From NCBI GenBank assembly GCA_964435795.1, contig CAYTAT010000001.1:166153-230152 (forward strand): a stretch of DNA of 64,000 nt. The letters are read 5' to 3'. This DNA is from an uncultured Spirochaetaceae bacterium (lineage in GTDB: Bacteria; Myxococcota_A; UBA9160; UBA4427). This document shows positions 12,601 to 22,840 of this stretch, piece after piece (position 1 is the first letter of the stretch; every line of letters starts with the position of its first letter). The notes under the pieces are model-generated. The model did not search any database, was not told where the DNA came from, and saw only the letters and a program-made list of their open reading frames with translations. A program made the translations under genes and the position numbers.

Positions 12601-13500
12601 CGCCGTGGGGTGGTTGTGAGTCTCCACCTTCATCAGGATCTGAACCGCCTCCGCATGGCTGCGGTAGATGTGATCGATGGGATTGGGCATGAAACGGGTG
12701 GCGAGAGAGCCGCTGACGACCGCCGAGTTGTCCGAGTAGGCGGAGAGCACGCCATCCGGTGCCTGATCGGTGCTGTTCCGGATCATCTGGAAGAGCGAGT
12801 CTTCCATGCGCTCCCCATCGATGATCCAGTCGGCGTTGAAGATCTTATGTCTGCAGTGCTCGGAATTCGCCTGGGCGAACATCATCAACTCGACGTCGCT
12901 CGGATTCCTCTCGAGTTCGCGAAAGTTTTCCACCAGGTAGTCGATCTCATCCGAAGCCAGGGCCAGGCCCAGGGTCCGGTCGGCCTCGATCAGGGCCTGC
13001 GGCCCCTCTCCGAGCAGGTCCACCGTCACGAGGGGCCTCGGCTCCGCCTGTTCGAAAAGGGCCTTCGCGGCCTCGAGCTCATGCAGTACCGCCTGGGTCA
13101 TCCGATCGTGGATCAGGGGCAGAATCGCGGCGATCTCGTCTTCCGAGAGTTCTCCATCCAGCCAGTGGGCGACGCCCCTCTCCAGACGTTCGATCGTCTG
13201 CAGGCCGCAGATGTGGGCGATATCCGTGGCTTTCGAGGACCAGGGGGAGATGGTCCCGAGTCGTGGAACGACGAGCAGGAGGCGACCCTGGGGCGCATCG
13301 GAAGTTTCGTGCTGCGGGCCGTAACGCAACAACTCTTCGAGCAGTCGACCTTCTTCTTCGTTCAGGGCTTCGCGCAGCGCAACGAAATGTACGAACTCGC
13401 TATGGATTTCCCGTATCTTCGGCACTTCTCGGCGAATGCTCTTGAGCAGCATCAGCTTTCTGGACGATGAGTGCGCGGGTGTGCCGCGTAGGTGGAGCAT
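9619..13500 (-). CDS. purL: Phosphoribosylformylglycinamidine synthase, single-chain large form
   Basis: About 1294 aa from the internal ATG (MLHLRG...), with the AIR-synthase-related repeats and a C-terminal glutaminase containing GVCNGCQML. The 67 extra N-terminal ORF codons look non-coding (Arg/Ser/Pro-rich). Confidence 0.95.
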   Translation of the reverse strand: MLHLRGTPAHSSSRKLMLLKSIRREVPKIREIHSEFVHFVALREALNEEEGRLLEELLRYGPQHETSDAPQGRLLLVVPRLGTISPWSSKATDIAHICGLQTIERLERGVAHWLDGELSEDEIAAILPLIHDRMTQAVLHELEAAKALFEQAEPRPLVTVDLLGEGPQALIEADRTLGLALASDEIDYLVENFRELERNPSDVELMMFAQANSEHCRHKIFNADWIIDGERMEDSLFQMIRNSTDQAPDGVLSAYSDNSAVVSGSLATRFMPNPIDHIYRSHAEAVQILMKVETHNHPTAISPYPGAATGSGGEIRDEGATGRGARPKAGLTGFSVSNLRIPGTEQKWEEDFGKPDRIASALEIMLEAPIGGAAYNNEFGRPNLAGYFRTYEEKVAGAGGIEIRGYHKPIMLAGGLGNIRNEHVEKGTIPPGARIVVLGGPAMLIGLGGGAASSMDSGSSQEDLDFASVQRENAELERRCQEVIDRCWAEGEKNPIISIHDVGAGGLSNALPELINDSQRGARFELRRIPNAERGMTPMEVWCNESQERYVMAISAEEIENFEALCRRERCPFSVVGEATDDGLLIVEDEYFANRPVDLPLSLLFGKPPRMQRDVKRIPFAREEFDLSNIEFADAAESVLQLPSVADKSFLITIGDRTVGGLVHRDQMVGPWQVPVADAAITTTSFDTFTGEAMAIGERTPLALLDPAASARMAVGEAVTNIACASILGTQEIKLSANWMAAAGHQGEDAGLYDAVRALGKEICPALGIAVPVGKDSMSMRTVWEDQDGEHSVTAPISVIVSAFARVRDIRSSLTPELRRDAGETRLLLIDLGKGRQRMGGSALAQVHRCLGDECPDVDDPKQLRAFFDAIQHLNEKDLLLAYHDRSDGGAFATLCEMAFAGGMGLEIDLSCPAEKCLPFLFNEELGAIVQIRETDMDSILEEFSVHGLEDLVLDIGRPLSSTRITIRNKGQSLLERERSQLRDLWSKTTWQMQRLRDDTECADEEHSLRLDDANPGLSSQLPPSWQERSIPAATIGGQRPPMAILREQGVNGQIEMAAAFDRAGFDCVDVHMSDILEGRSSLDDFRGLVACGGFSYGDVLGAGEGWAKSILFSSRARDIFSSFFARPDSFSLGVCNGCQMLSNLHELIPGAEHWPHFVRNRSDQFEARLCLVEVEESPSILLRGMQGARLPIAVAHGEGRAEFFGSEVQEIAPLVSLRFVDHRGEATAHYPENPNGSPQGITGLTTRDGRVNIMMPHPERVFRSVQYSWHPPEWGEDAPWMNLYRNARSWVD

Positions 13501-13609
13501 TCGACTCCTCTTCGCGAACCGGCGGAGGTTCGGAGCGCTGGGGATCTGAAGTGTATCGCCCGCCCCCGGGGCGACAAATGGAAGAGATCGATCGGGTCGG
13601 GCTGGAGGG

Positions 13610-16357
13610 CTAGCCGAGCAGGGAGAGGGTGACGTTCCTTCGGCGCTCGAGGATCGATTCCTCGGATTCTTCAACGATGATCTCGTCGGGCTCAATCTCA
13701 AAGATTCTCTGGCCCTTGCCGATTACGGCACCGTCCGAGTCCCCCATCAGGTTCCGCTTCATCGTTCCGGAAAAGGGAGCCAGAATCTTGTTGAACATCT
13801 TCATCACCTCGATGATGAAGAGGGGCTGATCCTTTTCGAAGTGCTCACCCGCATCGACCAGCAGCGGGAGATGGGGGGCTTCTCGCGCATAGAAGGTGCC
13901 CCCCATCGGGCTCAGAATCTCGTTCGCGCTGGCCGGTGGCGGGGGCGCCAGACTTCGGATCAACTTCGGGAAAATTTCGGAATCCATGTATTGGTCGGGG
14001 AAGATGGGTTCCAATTTCGAATTGATTCGGATCTCCGTGAATCCCGAGCGCAGGCCGATTTCTCCGATCAGCGCCAGCAGTTCGGATCCGATCTGGAAAC
14101 CCTCATGGGCCGCCTGGCATTCGGCCCAGAGCTCCGGATCATCGGGCGCGATGGCGGCATTCTCTTCGCCCTCGAGGGCCGCTCGAATCTGCTGCCAGTC
14201 GTCACTTTGCAGGCGATGACCGATTTCCGAGTAGAAGGAAAGGGCCTCCGCGAGCAGTTGCTGGTCTTGTTTCCAGATCATCTCGGATGCGGGTTTTCCC
14301 GGGGCGAGATCCATGTGGAGGTAGTGGTAGAGATGCTGGAGTAGCGCGAGGGGATTGCTCGTGAATTCGATGCGATCGTTCTTTTCCTGCCAGAGCCTGC
14401 CATGATAGAGCCCGATGAAGCCCGCGAGGGCATGGGGATCGCTGAGCAGGCGCTGCATGGGGCGGAGAATCAGGGTTTCCTTGCCATTCAGGGTCTTCGC
14501 GGCCTCCTGGCTCCCGGCCTTCTCGAGCAATTGGCCCAGGGCCAGGGGAAGGTCGATCTCCCGCGCGATCTCATTGAGCGAACCGACGGCGGCCAGGTAA
14601 TAGGTGAGGAAGCGAGTATTGGGCTTCATCATGGGCTCGATGCCGATCGTCCAGTTGATGAGGCCGTATTGTACGGGGAGATTCGTTTCGAGATCATCGC
14701 CCCGGAGTTCACTCTGGCGGATGATCTCCGAGAGTCGCTTCAGATTGTGCTTCCGATCCTCCCCGTAGCTGAGAATCAATGCGATATTCGAATCGTAGGC
14801 TCCCGCCAGGCTGTAGTACATGAAGGCCCCGGTATCGGGATTCCGTGTACCGATGCCCTGGTCATCGCGAATCTCATGCTCGATGGGCTCGGACCATTGT
14901 CGAATCAGGCCACCCGCATGGGGCTGCAGGGCCGCATTGGTGGCGTTCAGCCGGATTTCGGCGCCAGAGAGGTGACGGCATTCTCGCTGGGGGACGGGCA
15001 GTCGCTTGCCGTGGAGAGAGAGCAGGACCATCGCTTCGATCAGCCTCACGATGTGGAAGCTTTCGTTGCTGTCGTCGGGGTTGGTGAATTTGAGTCGATA
15101 GGCCAGTTCCGTCACGCCATGCTCGACCTGGATCCGGGTATTCATCTCCATGAAGAAATGGTCAAAATCCTCGACGATGCATTCGAAGGTGGAGACGCTA
15201 TCCAGCCCGACGCCTGCGCCGAAGCGCTCGGCATCCCGCTCCATCGCCTTCAGGGTGGCGCGGTCCTTCTCGAGGGTCTCGGCCTCTTCTCCGCTATAGC
15301 GCCCCGCCGCCTCGGCGAGCAATTCGTCCGTGAGGGAGAATTCGAGTTGCTTCTGCTCGTGCATTTGAATCGAGCAGTCTCGCCCACCCAGGGCTACGGC
15401 CCAGTCGCCATTTCCGATCATCTGGATTTCGTTATGACGAGTCGTTTCGAGATTGAGCTCGATCAGGAAATTTCGATTCGAACCCGCTTCGATGACTTTC
15501 TGCTCGGCCAGGATCTCCATCACGGCCGACGCCACCTCATCCCGACTCGATACAACCCGCTGGCCCTTGCCTCCACCTCCGCCAATGCATTTGAAGCGGA
15601 TTCGCTTGCCCGGGTACTGCTGCCAGATCTCGTCGCTCTCGCGTTCGGCCGCGGCCTGCAATTCCTCGATCCCCACCAACTCTATGCCGTGGGAGTATCC
15701 AGCCTGAAGCAGACTTTCCGCATTTTCCTCAGGAGTCAGGCTCTTATCATATTCCCAATCGAGACGGTGCTCGTCACGAAGTTTGAGAAGTCCGGCTCCA
15801 TCTTCCACGCGCGCCAGCAGGGCCCGAGCCGATACGTCATCGACGCCCGGGATGACGGCATTCCCGAGGCCGCGAGCCAGTTTCTTGGCCTCATCCTTGG
15901 CTCCCGCGCGGCGAATCACCGCCGCGGAGGGGCCGATGAATCCTATCCCGGCATCCTCGACGGCCTGGATGAAATCCGCATCCTCGGCCATGAAACCATA
16001 ACCGGCGAAAATATGGGTATAGCCGTGGCTGCGTGCAATCTCGATGATCTCTTCCACGCGCCGATTCTTCTCCTCCTGTCCGGCACCCACGTAGTCGGCC
16101 ACCCGGTGGATATTGGCCGGAAAGGAAAGGGTGCGAATTTCCGGTGCGAGGCAGCGCGGATAGACGATCGAATCCTTCTCCGAGAGCAGCATGCCGAATT
16201 CGCGAATGCCTATTTCTTCGAAGACTTCGAAGGCTTCCTTGCGAACGGGGCCGCGGCATACGACCAGACATTTTACATCCTGAACCGAGAATGCACGGAA
16301 CCACTCGGAGTTCGTTTCGTGAAAGCGAAGCGGTTTGAGATCGGAACCCAACATCAT
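13610..16357 (-). CDS. Atypical large biotin carboxylase fused to a long linker and a C-terminal biotinyl (BCCP) domain
   Basis: 915 aa. ATP-grasp motifs are [14 protein letters not shown] and [14 protein letters not shown], and the C-terminal biotinylation motif is IIEVMKMF. Large insertions occur inside and after the BC domain. The start overlaps the stop of the upstream carboxyltransferase (ATGA at 16354-16357). Confidence 0.85.
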   Translation of the reverse strand: MMLGSDLKPLRFHETNSEWFRAFSVQDVKCLVVCRGPVRKEAFEVFEEIGIREFGMLLSEKDSIVYPRCLAPEIRTLSFPANIHRVADYVGAGQEEKNRRVEEIIEIARSHGYTHIFAGYGFMAEDADFIQAVEDAGIGFIGPSAAVIRRAGAKDEAKKLARGLGNAVIPGVDDVSARALLARVEDGAGLLKLRDEHRLDWEYDKSLTPEENAESLLQAGYSHGIELVGIEELQAAAERESDEIWQQYPGKRIRFKCIGGGGGKGQRVVSSRDEVASAVMEILAEQKVIEAGSNRNFLIELNLETTRHNEIQMIGNGDWAVALGGRDCSIQMHEQKQLEFSLTDELLAEAAGRYSGEEAETLEKDRATLKAMERDAERFGAGVGLDSVSTFECIVEDFDHFFMEMNTRIQVEHGVTELAYRLKFTNPDDSNESFHIVRLIEAMVLLSLHGKRLPVPQRECRHLSGAEIRLNATNAALQPHAGGLIRQWSEPIEHEIRDDQGIGTRNPDTGAFMYYSLAGAYDSNIALILSYGEDRKHNLKRLSEIIRQSELRGDDLETNLPVQYGLINWTIGIEPMMKPNTRFLTYYLAAVGSLNEIAREIDLPLALGQLLEKAGSQEAAKTLNGKETLILRPMQRLLSDPHALAGFIGLYHGRLWQEKNDRIEFTSNPLALLQHLYHYLHMDLAPGKPASEMIWKQDQQLLAEALSFYSEIGHRLQSDDWQQIRAALEGEENAAIAPDDPELWAECQAAHEGFQIGSELLALIGEIGLRSGFTEIRINSKLEPIFPDQYMDSEIFPKLIRSLAPPPPASANEILSPMGGTFYAREAPHLPLLVDAGEHFEKDQPLFIIEVMKMFNKILAPFSGTMKRNLMGDSDGAVIGKGQRIFEIEPDEIIVEESEESILERRRNVTLSLLG

Positions 16358-18048
16358 TCGTGCTCCCTCTGAGTTCCAGTCATGGGGCCGGGCGTGTAAT
16401 GGCGCATCAGGAATGCGAGATTTTTCGCCAGGACGCGCCGGCTTTCTCCCGGGCGCACGATGCTCGAGACTGAACCCAACGAGAGGGCTTCTTTCGGATT
16501 CATCAATTCATGCTCATATCTTTGCGAGAGTTCCGCGAGGCCCTGGCTGCGCCGACCGGCCGCATCCTCCTCGCTTTCTCCCGCCGCGAGGGCATCACGA
16601 TAGTCGCGGTCGAGTTGCCTCATCTCGCTTTTGTAGACGAAATCCTTGCCCGCTGGCCCCATCACGGCGATTCGCGCCATCGGCATGGCGAGTACGCGAT
16701 CGGCGCCCGTGAAGTAGGAATTCCAGCTCGCGTAGGCTCCCCCGAATGCGTTGCGGATGATCATCGTCATGCGCGGTGTGCGAATATCGATGATCGAGTC
16801 CAGAAGCTTTCGGCCGGCCAGGATGATGCCCCGACTTTCCTGTTCACTGCCGGGCAGGAAGCCGGTCGTATCCTCAACGAAGATCAGGGGGATGTTGTAG
16901 AGATTGCAGAATCGAATGAAGCGCGTGGCCTTCAGGGCCGCATCGATATCGATCTGGCCAGAGGCGACGGCCGAATTATTGGCCACGAAACCGACGACGT
17001 GGCCGGCGAGTCTTCCAAATGCGGTGATGAGATTTCTGGCTCGCCTGGGTTGCAACTCGAAGTACTCGCCAAAATCCGTGATCTGCTGCAGGTAGAGGGT
17101 GATGTCCATCGGGGCACTCATGCCCGCCGGGCTCGAGAAAGTGCGTCGGAAGAGCAGATCCTCCTCGACGGTATAGCGGTCGAGGGGGTCGGAGGTTTCC
17201 TTGAAGGGGGCGAGGCTCCGATTGTCGTCCGGCAGGTAGGAGAGCAGCCGAATCGCCGTCCGAAGCGAGCCGAGTTCATCGGCGGTCGTGAGATCGCAGA
17301 CTCCGCTCAGTCCGTGGATGCCGGGCCCACCGAGGTCGTTGGCAGTGATTTCTTCACCGAGTACGGATTTGACGACGCCCGGGCCCGTCAGCCCGATGAA
17401 GGTCTCCTCGCATTGGATCATGAAGGATCCCTGGCGCGGCAGGTAGGCTCCGCCCCCGGCGTTGTAGCCGAACATCAGGCTGATGCTCGGCACGACCCCG
17501 CTGATCTTGCGGAGAGCCGTGAAGGCCTCGCTATAACCGTCCAGGCCGCCAACCCCCGCCGGAACGAATGCACCCGCCGAGTCATTCATGCCGATGAGAG
17601 GAATCCCGCGCTCACCGGCCATGTAGATCAGGCGCGCCAGCTTGGCGCCATTGGTCGCATCCATCGAGCCCGCGCGAAGCGTGAAATCATGGCCGTAGAC
17701 CGCCACGTCCCGACCCCCGATCTCGAGGATTCCCGTAACGATCGATGCGCCATCGAGGTCGGGGCCCCAATTATTCCAGAGGATATTCGGTTCTTCCCGG
17801 CTGAGGACCTGAATCCGCTCCCAGACCGTCATTCGACGCTTGGCGTGTTGCACGCGCACTCGATCGCTGCCACCGCCTCGAAGTGGGCGCTCGGCAAGAT
17901 CTCGTCCCAGATCCAAGGCGTTCTGGTAGAGGCCCTCCCCCGCACTTGTCGTCTGGGGCGGTGGGGGACTCTTTCTTGCAAAGGGATTGCGGAGCGATAT
18001 CTGCGCTGCTGCCATGGATTCTTGATTGAGCCTCTTCCTGGGAAGCAT
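16354..18048 (-). CDS. Acyl-CoA carboxylase carboxyltransferase subunit (PccB/AccD5 family)
   Basis: Two crotonase-like CT halves recognisable over more than 500 aa ([10 protein letters not shown]..., GGAYLPRQ..., AFGGAYASW). The start is uncertain: ATG at 18048 or 18015, while the ORF is open to 18141. Confidence 0.85.
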   Translation of the reverse strand: MLPRKRLNQESMAAAQISLRNPFARKSPPPPQTTSAGEGLYQNALDLGRDLAERPLRGGGSDRVRVQHAKRRMTVWERIQVLSREEPNILWNNWGPDLDGASIVTGILEIGGRDVAVYGHDFTLRAGSMDATNGAKLARLIYMAGERGIPLIGMNDSAGAFVPAGVGGLDGYSEAFTALRKISGVVPSISLMFGYNAGGGAYLPRQGSFMIQCEETFIGLTGPGVVKSVLGEEITANDLGGPGIHGLSGVCDLTTADELGSLRTAIRLLSYLPDDNRSLAPFKETSDPLDRYTVEEDLLFRRTFSSPAGMSAPMDITLYLQQITDFGEYFELQPRRARNLITAFGRLAGHVVGFVANNSAVASGQIDIDAALKATRFIRFCNLYNIPLIFVEDTTGFLPGSEQESRGIILAGRKLLDSIIDIRTPRMTMIIRNAFGGAYASWNSYFTGADRVLAMPMARIAVMGPAGKDFVYKSEMRQLDRDYRDALAAGESEEDAAGRRSQGLAELSQRYEHELMNPKEALSLGSVSSIVRPGESRRVLAKNLAFLMRHYTPGPMTGTQREHE

Positions 18049-18472
18049 CTCCGAGTCCCAGACGAATGAGGGGGGTCTCTCCGACGTGGGCCACGTGGCC
18101 GTAGCACGTCGGATTGAGTGGGCCGAAGATGAGATGGACACACCCCCGGGGGTCCGGGGGCCGAGCGAAGTCAGGCAGGCATCTTAGCCGCTTTGGCGGG
18201 CAGGAGCGACAGAGAGTTCCCCGGGGTGGGGCAAACGCAATCGGGTCTACCGATTCGGGCGCCGAGGTGACTGAGCGGGTCCTTCCTGGGCTAGGATGAT
18301 CCGTCGTGAAGGGCTCCGGGATCCAGGCGGTCGTCGGCTCGCCGCCCCATCACGCTTTCGGGTCGTTCTCGCCTTTGAGATTGTGCGCGGAACTTGGTTT
18401 TCCGCGCACATCCGCAGAATGCGCCGAGCTTCTCCCGGGTCCCAGGGAGTTCAGAGGAAGCAGGTGGCCCCC

Positions 18473-19546
18473 ATGCCCGAGCCGATTGCAGGTGATCTCG
18501 AAGAGACGGCAGCACAGTTGCGCGGCTGGCTCTCGGCTCAACTCGAGGGGGCGAGCGATCTGGACATCCTGGACCTGCGCGGGCCGAAGGGTACGGGATT
18601 TTCGAGTGACACCCTGATGTTCGGGCTTCGCTACCTGCAGGGAGGTGTTCTGCGCCAGGAAGATCGGGTGCTCCGAATGGCTCCCCGGGGTGATTTTTGT
18701 GTCTTCCCCGAATACGACGTGGCACTGCAATTCGACGTTATGCGCGCTCTGGAAACCAGCCGAGTGCCGGTTCCCCGGATGCTCTGGCTGGAGGAGGATC
18801 CGGCTCCTCTGGGTACGCCTTTCTATATAATGGAAAGGATTGAGGGCGTGGTGCCCAGTGACAACCCTCCCTACCACTCGGAGGGCTGGATCTACGATGC
18901 CACCCCGGCCGATCGGGAGAAACTCTGGTACAGCGGCCTCGACGCCATGTCCGAGATCCACAAACTCGATTGGCGGCAGCCGGAATACGCTTTTTTGAAA
19001 TGCCCGCAGACGAATCAGACGACGGTTCAGGCACAACTCGTCTATTGGGAGGGCTTCCTGGATTGGGGATTGGAACGATCCCGTTATCCCCTCATCAATC
19101 GCGGCTTCGACTGGTTGGTCGAGAATCAGCCGATGGAAGCCAGGCAGGGCATCTGCTGGGGGGATGCCCGACTATCGAATCAGATCTTTCACAATCGTGA
19201 AGTCGTTGCGGTGATCGATTGGGAGATGATATTCGTCGGGAATCCCACAGCGGACCTCGCCTGGTTCATCACGATGGATAGGGTGCTCACCGAGGGTCTG
19301 GGGATCGGACGTCTGGAGGGCATGCCCGACAAGAGGGCGTCCATCGCTCGATGGGAAGAGAACGTTGGATTCAAGGTGGATGACTACGATTATTACGAGG
19401 TTTTCGCTTCATGGCGTTTTGCCGCGATCATGGCAAGAATCTTTCTGCAGATGAAGCACTACGGAATTCTTCCCGAAGAAGCGATGGCGGACGTCGAGAA
19501 CCTGTCGACTCCCATCCTGAAATCGTTGTTGAAGGAAAATGCCTAG
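18473..19546 (+). CDS. Phosphotransferase-family (APH/choline-kinase fold) protein
   Basis: Brenner-type catalytic loop WGDARLSN followed by VIDWEM. The start was set at ATG 18473 (MPEPIAG), downstream of a GAGGAAG SD-like run. Confidence 0.75.
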   Translation: MPEPIAGDLEETAAQLRGWLSAQLEGASDLDILDLRGPKGTGFSSDTLMFGLRYLQGGVLRQEDRVLRMAPRGDFCVFPEYDVALQFDVMRALETSRVPVPRMLWLEEDPAPLGTPFYIMERIEGVVPSDNPPYHSEGWIYDATPADREKLWYSGLDAMSEIHKLDWRQPEYAFLKCPQTNQTTVQAQLVYWEGFLDWGLERSRYPLINRGFDWLVENQPMEARQGICWGDARLSNQIFHNREVVAVIDWEMIFVGNPTADLAWFITMDRVLTEGLGIGRLEGMPDKRASIARWEENVGFKVDDYDYYEVFASWRFAAIMARIFLQMKHYGILPEEAMADVENLSTPILKSLLKENA

Positions 19547-19664
19547 CCCCGAGAGGACTCCCGGCCCGGGGGCTGGTCTTTCCGGTCGGAAGATCGGATC
19601 AGTGGCGCCAGGACTTGCGCGGCCTTCGATAGCGATGTCCTGAGGATAAAAGAAAAGGAAAAGC

Positions 19665-20330
19665 ATGGTTGTGACGGACGAAAGTGAATTGACTGAAAAG
19701 CGCTGGCGCCGAGGGAGTCCCGAGGAGGGGCCGCCGAGTGACGGCCGAGCGGCCCGGGCCCAACGCACGCGCCGTGCCGTTGCGGAGGCCCTGCTGAATT
19801 TGATTCAGGAGGGTGAGATTCGGCCCACCTCGAAGCAGATCGCTGAACGAGCCGGTGTGTCGGAACGGACCATTTTCCAGCACTTCGAGGATCTCGAGGT
19901 TCTCTTCGCCGAATCCGCGAAATTGCTCGGTCGGCGACTGATTCGAAAGTTGGGGCATATTTCGGATCAGGGCTCCTTCGAAGTCCGGCTCGCAGCCTAT
20001 TTCGACGAGGTGATCTATCTGCTCGAAGAGATGAGTCCGGTGCGCCGAGCTTCTCGCATCCACGAACCCTTTTCTCCGTCTCTCCTGGAGGCCCTGGTTT
20101 CCTGGCGAGAGGAAAGCCGCCGAGGCATCGATCGGGTCTTTGCCAGTGAATTGATCGGTTTTTCCGAGGAGCATCGACGGAACGTATTGGAAGCCCTGGC
20201 ATTGATCGCGACCTGGAGCAGTTGGGAGAATATGCGCCAGAATTCGGGATTTTCCGGCGAGCGCGCGCGGCGGGTGATGGAGATGTCCTTTCGAAGTCTC
20301 TTATGCTCCGTCGAGGGGGAAGGAGTCTAG
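19665..20330 (+). CDS. TetR/AcrR family transcriptional regulator
   Basis: N-terminal HTH (TSKQIAERAGVSERTIFQHF), about 220 aa, with a helical C-terminal ligand domain. Confidence 0.85.
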   Translation: MVVTDESELTEKRWRRGSPEEGPPSDGRAARAQRTRRAVAEALLNLIQEGEIRPTSKQIAERAGVSERTIFQHFEDLEVLFAESAKLLGRRLIRKLGHISDQGSFEVRLAAYFDEVIYLLEEMSPVRRASRIHEPFSPSLLEALVSWREESRRGIDRVFASELIGFSEEHRRNVLEALALIATWSSWENMRQNSGFSGERARRVMEMSFRSLLCSVEGEGV

Positions 20331-20335
20331 TCGCG

Positions 20336-21271
20336 ATGCGGGCGATCCGATGTGTGGAGGGCGATATATCAGCCGTGAATCTGCCGAGCCCGACGGGCGA
20401 AGGTGTGCGCGTCAAGCTGCGATCGGCGGGAATCTGCGGTTCGGATCTCCACCTGCTGGATTCCGAGTTCATCCCCTCCGTGACCCTCGGACATGAGATG
20501 GCGGGCGTGCTCGAGGATGGGACGGGCGTGGCCATAGAGCCATTGGTCCCCTGTGGCATATGCGAGTACTGCGGCCGCGGCGACTACAATCTATGTCGAA
20601 GCGCCCCGGCGCGAATGATGGGCATCGGGGTGGATGGTGGCATGGCGGAGGAGATCCTGGTCCCCGAGCGCTGCCTGGTGCCTTTGCCATCGAGCATCCG
20701 GCTGAGGGATGCCTGCCTGGTCGAGCCCATCGCGGTCGCGGTTCATGGGATGCGCCGGGTGGGACTTCAGCCGGGCCAGAAGGTGGCGATCATCGGCGGC
20801 GGGAGCATCGGTCTATCTGCGGTGGCCGCGGCTCATGAGGCCGGAGTTTCGGTCGCCCTGGAGGCGCGCCATGACGCCCAACGCGAGGCCGGGGAAAGGC
20901 TGGGTGCGGGGGCTGTATCCGGCGACTACGACGTCGTCGTCGAGTCCGCCGGAACGGAGTCCGCCTTCGCCCGGGCGATCTCCCTGGCGCGTCCGGGAGC
21001 TACGCTGGTGCTCCTCGCGAGCTATTGGCGCGGGCTGACGATCCCCGGGATCGAACTCTGTCTGAAGGAATTGCGAGTCCTCGCCTCGAGCATGTATGCG
21101 ACTCAGGGGAGCGAGCGCGACTTCGACCTGGCGGCCCGAGTCCTGGCGGGGAATCCGGACCTGCCGGATATCCTGATCACCCATCGATTTCCGCTGGAAG
21201 CCGCCCCGGAAGCCTTCGCGACCGCTCGGGACCGTGCCCAGGGGGCGATCAAGGTCGTCCTCGAAGCCTGA
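20336..21271 (+). CDS. Zinc-dependent medium-chain alcohol dehydrogenase/reductase
   Basis: GICGSDLH and GHEMAG catalytic-Zn motifs, a structural-Zn Cys cluster (CGICEYCGRGDYNLC) and a Rossmann motif (IIGGGSIGL). The ATG lies 5 nt after the tetR stop. Confidence 0.85.
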   Translation: MRAIRCVEGDISAVNLPSPTGEGVRVKLRSAGICGSDLHLLDSEFIPSVTLGHEMAGVLEDGTGVAIEPLVPCGICEYCGRGDYNLCRSAPARMMGIGVDGGMAEEILVPERCLVPLPSSIRLRDACLVEPIAVAVHGMRRVGLQPGQKVAIIGGGSIGLSAVAAAHEAGVSVALEARHDAQREAGERLGAGAVSGDYDVVVESAGTESAFARAISLARPGATLVLLASYWRGLTIPGIELCLKELRVLASSMYATQGSERDFDLAARVLAGNPDLPDILITHRFPLEAAPEAFATARDRAQGAIKVVLEA

Positions 21272-21275
21272 TCGC

Positions 21276-22250
21276 CTACTCGACCTGGCGCAGGAACTCC
21301 GAGAGTCCATAGCCGATCCGATCGCCGCAATGCCATTCGGTCATTCCCTCTCCGATATGGGTCACCAGGCCCTGACGCCGATTGCGCAGGGGAATGAAGC
21401 CCTTGACCCGGCCGCTGATTTCGAGGACTTCCCCCTCATGGGTCTCCAACTGCACCTCGAGGGCCCGATGGTAGAGGCCGTTCTCTTCGTAATCGGCGTC
21501 GATTCTGGCTTTCGTCACGAGACTGAGCTTGCCGTCGCGGACCAGCACCCCGCCCTGCCTCTCGTTGTCGCTGTCACGTCGGATGATTGAAATCATGGCC
21601 CCGAAATCTTCCCCGAAGTTCATCGTCAACCACTCATAGCTCTGAATGGCCTGCCAGTGACGGGGTCCCCAGGAGTGGTCGCGCAGCCCGTAGCCCGAAA
21701 TTTCGAATACCTCGCCCGCTACTTCGAGACTGCCGTGGACTTTCATATGCTGCTCGTAGTGGGCCTTCCCAAATTGTTTTTCCGGATCTCGTTCTTCCTC
21801 CGCACGGGATCGGGCGCTGCCGTACATCGGGCCGGCCGCTCGATGCGTGAGGTCGAGGGAAATTTTTCGGCGGGGATTGTCCTTGAAGGCGGCCGAGGGA
21901 TCCGCCATGGCGCGGGCGTCTCTCAACTCGACGGCCGTGCCCTCGTAGCTGGTAAGTAATTCTTCGGAGGGTTCGATGACCTCGAATCGCATGCCGCCGG
22001 CTTCGAAGGCTTCATTGCCATCGATGGGTGAGCGTTTGAAGTTGAAGAGCACGCGGTCGTCGGGAAGGTAGAGACAGATGGTCATCTCGGCGCTCCCCTC
22101 GTTGGCCCGATTGCCCAGTCGGACGAAACCCCCGATGGATTGGTCGGGATCGAAGAAGTTGAAGTACATGCTCTCGTTGAAGTTCTTTTCCTCGCCCAGT
22201 GGATGCGTGTAGTCGTCCTCGGCGACCAGATTCCCGATGATTTCTGCCAT
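21276..22250 (-). CDS. Conserved hypothetical protein (RDHSWGPRHW motif family)
   Basis: 324 aa from ATG 22250, which is preceded by GGGAGG. The composition is non-repetitive and globular-looking. I recall such proteins next to phosphotransferase and acyl-CoA genes but cannot name the family with certainty. Confidence 0.6.
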   Translation of the reverse strand: MAEIIGNLVAEDDYTHPLGEEKNFNESMYFNFFDPDQSIGGFVRLGNRANEGSAEMTICLYLPDDRVLFNFKRSPIDGNEAFEAGGMRFEVIEPSEELLTSYEGTAVELRDARAMADPSAAFKDNPRRKISLDLTHRAAGPMYGSARSRAEEERDPEKQFGKAHYEQHMKVHGSLEVAGEVFEISGYGLRDHSWGPRHWQAIQSYEWLTMNFGEDFGAMISIIRRDSDNERQGGVLVRDGKLSLVTKARIDADYEENGLYHRALEVQLETHEGEVLEISGRVKGFIPLRNRRQGLVTHIGEGMTEWHCGDRIGYGLSEFLRQVE

Positions 22251-22337
22251 TTCGAACCTCCCGTCTGCGATCACACCTCTGGCGACCCATGCGATTGGCG
22301 GAAGGTCGCTGACGTCCTGGGGTCGGTCAATCGGGAG

Positions 22338-22352
22338 GCGACTTTCGTGCCG
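22338..22352 (-). promoter_or_regulatory. Sigma-54-type -24/-12 promoter candidate (CGGCACG-AAAG-TCGCC) upstream of the 22250..21276 gene
   Basis: On the minus strand it reads CGGCACGAAAGTCGC, with correct GG-N10-GC spacing, about 88 nt upstream of the ATG. It matches the 14-mer at 39618-39631 at 13 of 14 positions. Confidence 0.4.
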
Positions 22353-22840
22353 GATGCCGCCTGCCCCACTGCCGAGCACTCGGATCGGAGTGTCGGCAGC
22401 GCAGGCTCGGTCGCGGGGGGCGGCGGGACGTCCCGAATCCTCTCGGATGCGTCCCCCCGCTCTCGTGACGGGGTCGGAGCCCGACGATTCGAGTTTCCCA
22501 TCCGCGGAAGGGCTTCCGGCGGGGGTCGGTGTGGGCTCCGATTCTTGGGGAACCTGCTTTTTTTTGCCTCCTCGGACGATTCTGTGAAAGATGGGGTGTA
22601 TCTAACCCAATTGATGTCTTTCATAGGCAGATTGATTTCCAGGGGCCGATAAATCAGGCTCCCTCAGGGGCATATCGTCTACGACTGGCGCCTTCAGCTT
22701 CATTTTCCCCCGGGTACCACTTTCCGTCTGCGAATTGACCTGCTAATTGCGTTTCGTCTGGGGATTCGCCCTTTATTGTCCCGCGGGGATTCAAGTCGTC
22801 GGACAGGCATCCCGATTGCGCCAAGGTCAGCAGGGGAAAA

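Noticed and set aside
14402-16372. 656-aa plus-strand ORF opposite the biotin carboxylase gene
   Set aside because: This is a shadow ORF typical of high-GC DNA. Its composition is Arg/Gly/Ala/Leu-rich with no motifs, while the minus strand encodes an unmistakable ATP-grasp/BCCP protein. The same reasoning rejects 12232..13470(+), 16510..18069(+), 37493..38935(+), 39553..41073(-), 48157..49695(-) and 57911..59221(+).
19603-19618. TGGCGC-N-CTTGC sigma-54-like sequence upstream of tetR
   Set aside because: The GG-to-GC spacing is 11 nt instead of the strictly required 10.
22248-22262. GGTTCGAA (tRNA T-loop-like) sequence
   Set aside because: It is simply the SD and spacer (GGGAGGTTCGAAATG) of the 22250 gene. 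No acceptor, D or anticodon arms can be drawn around it, and no other tRNA-like structures were seen in the intergenic regions.
22558-22565. T8 run as a rho-independent terminator
   Set aside because: No complementary GC-rich stem precedes it, and no plus-strand gene ends upstream of it.
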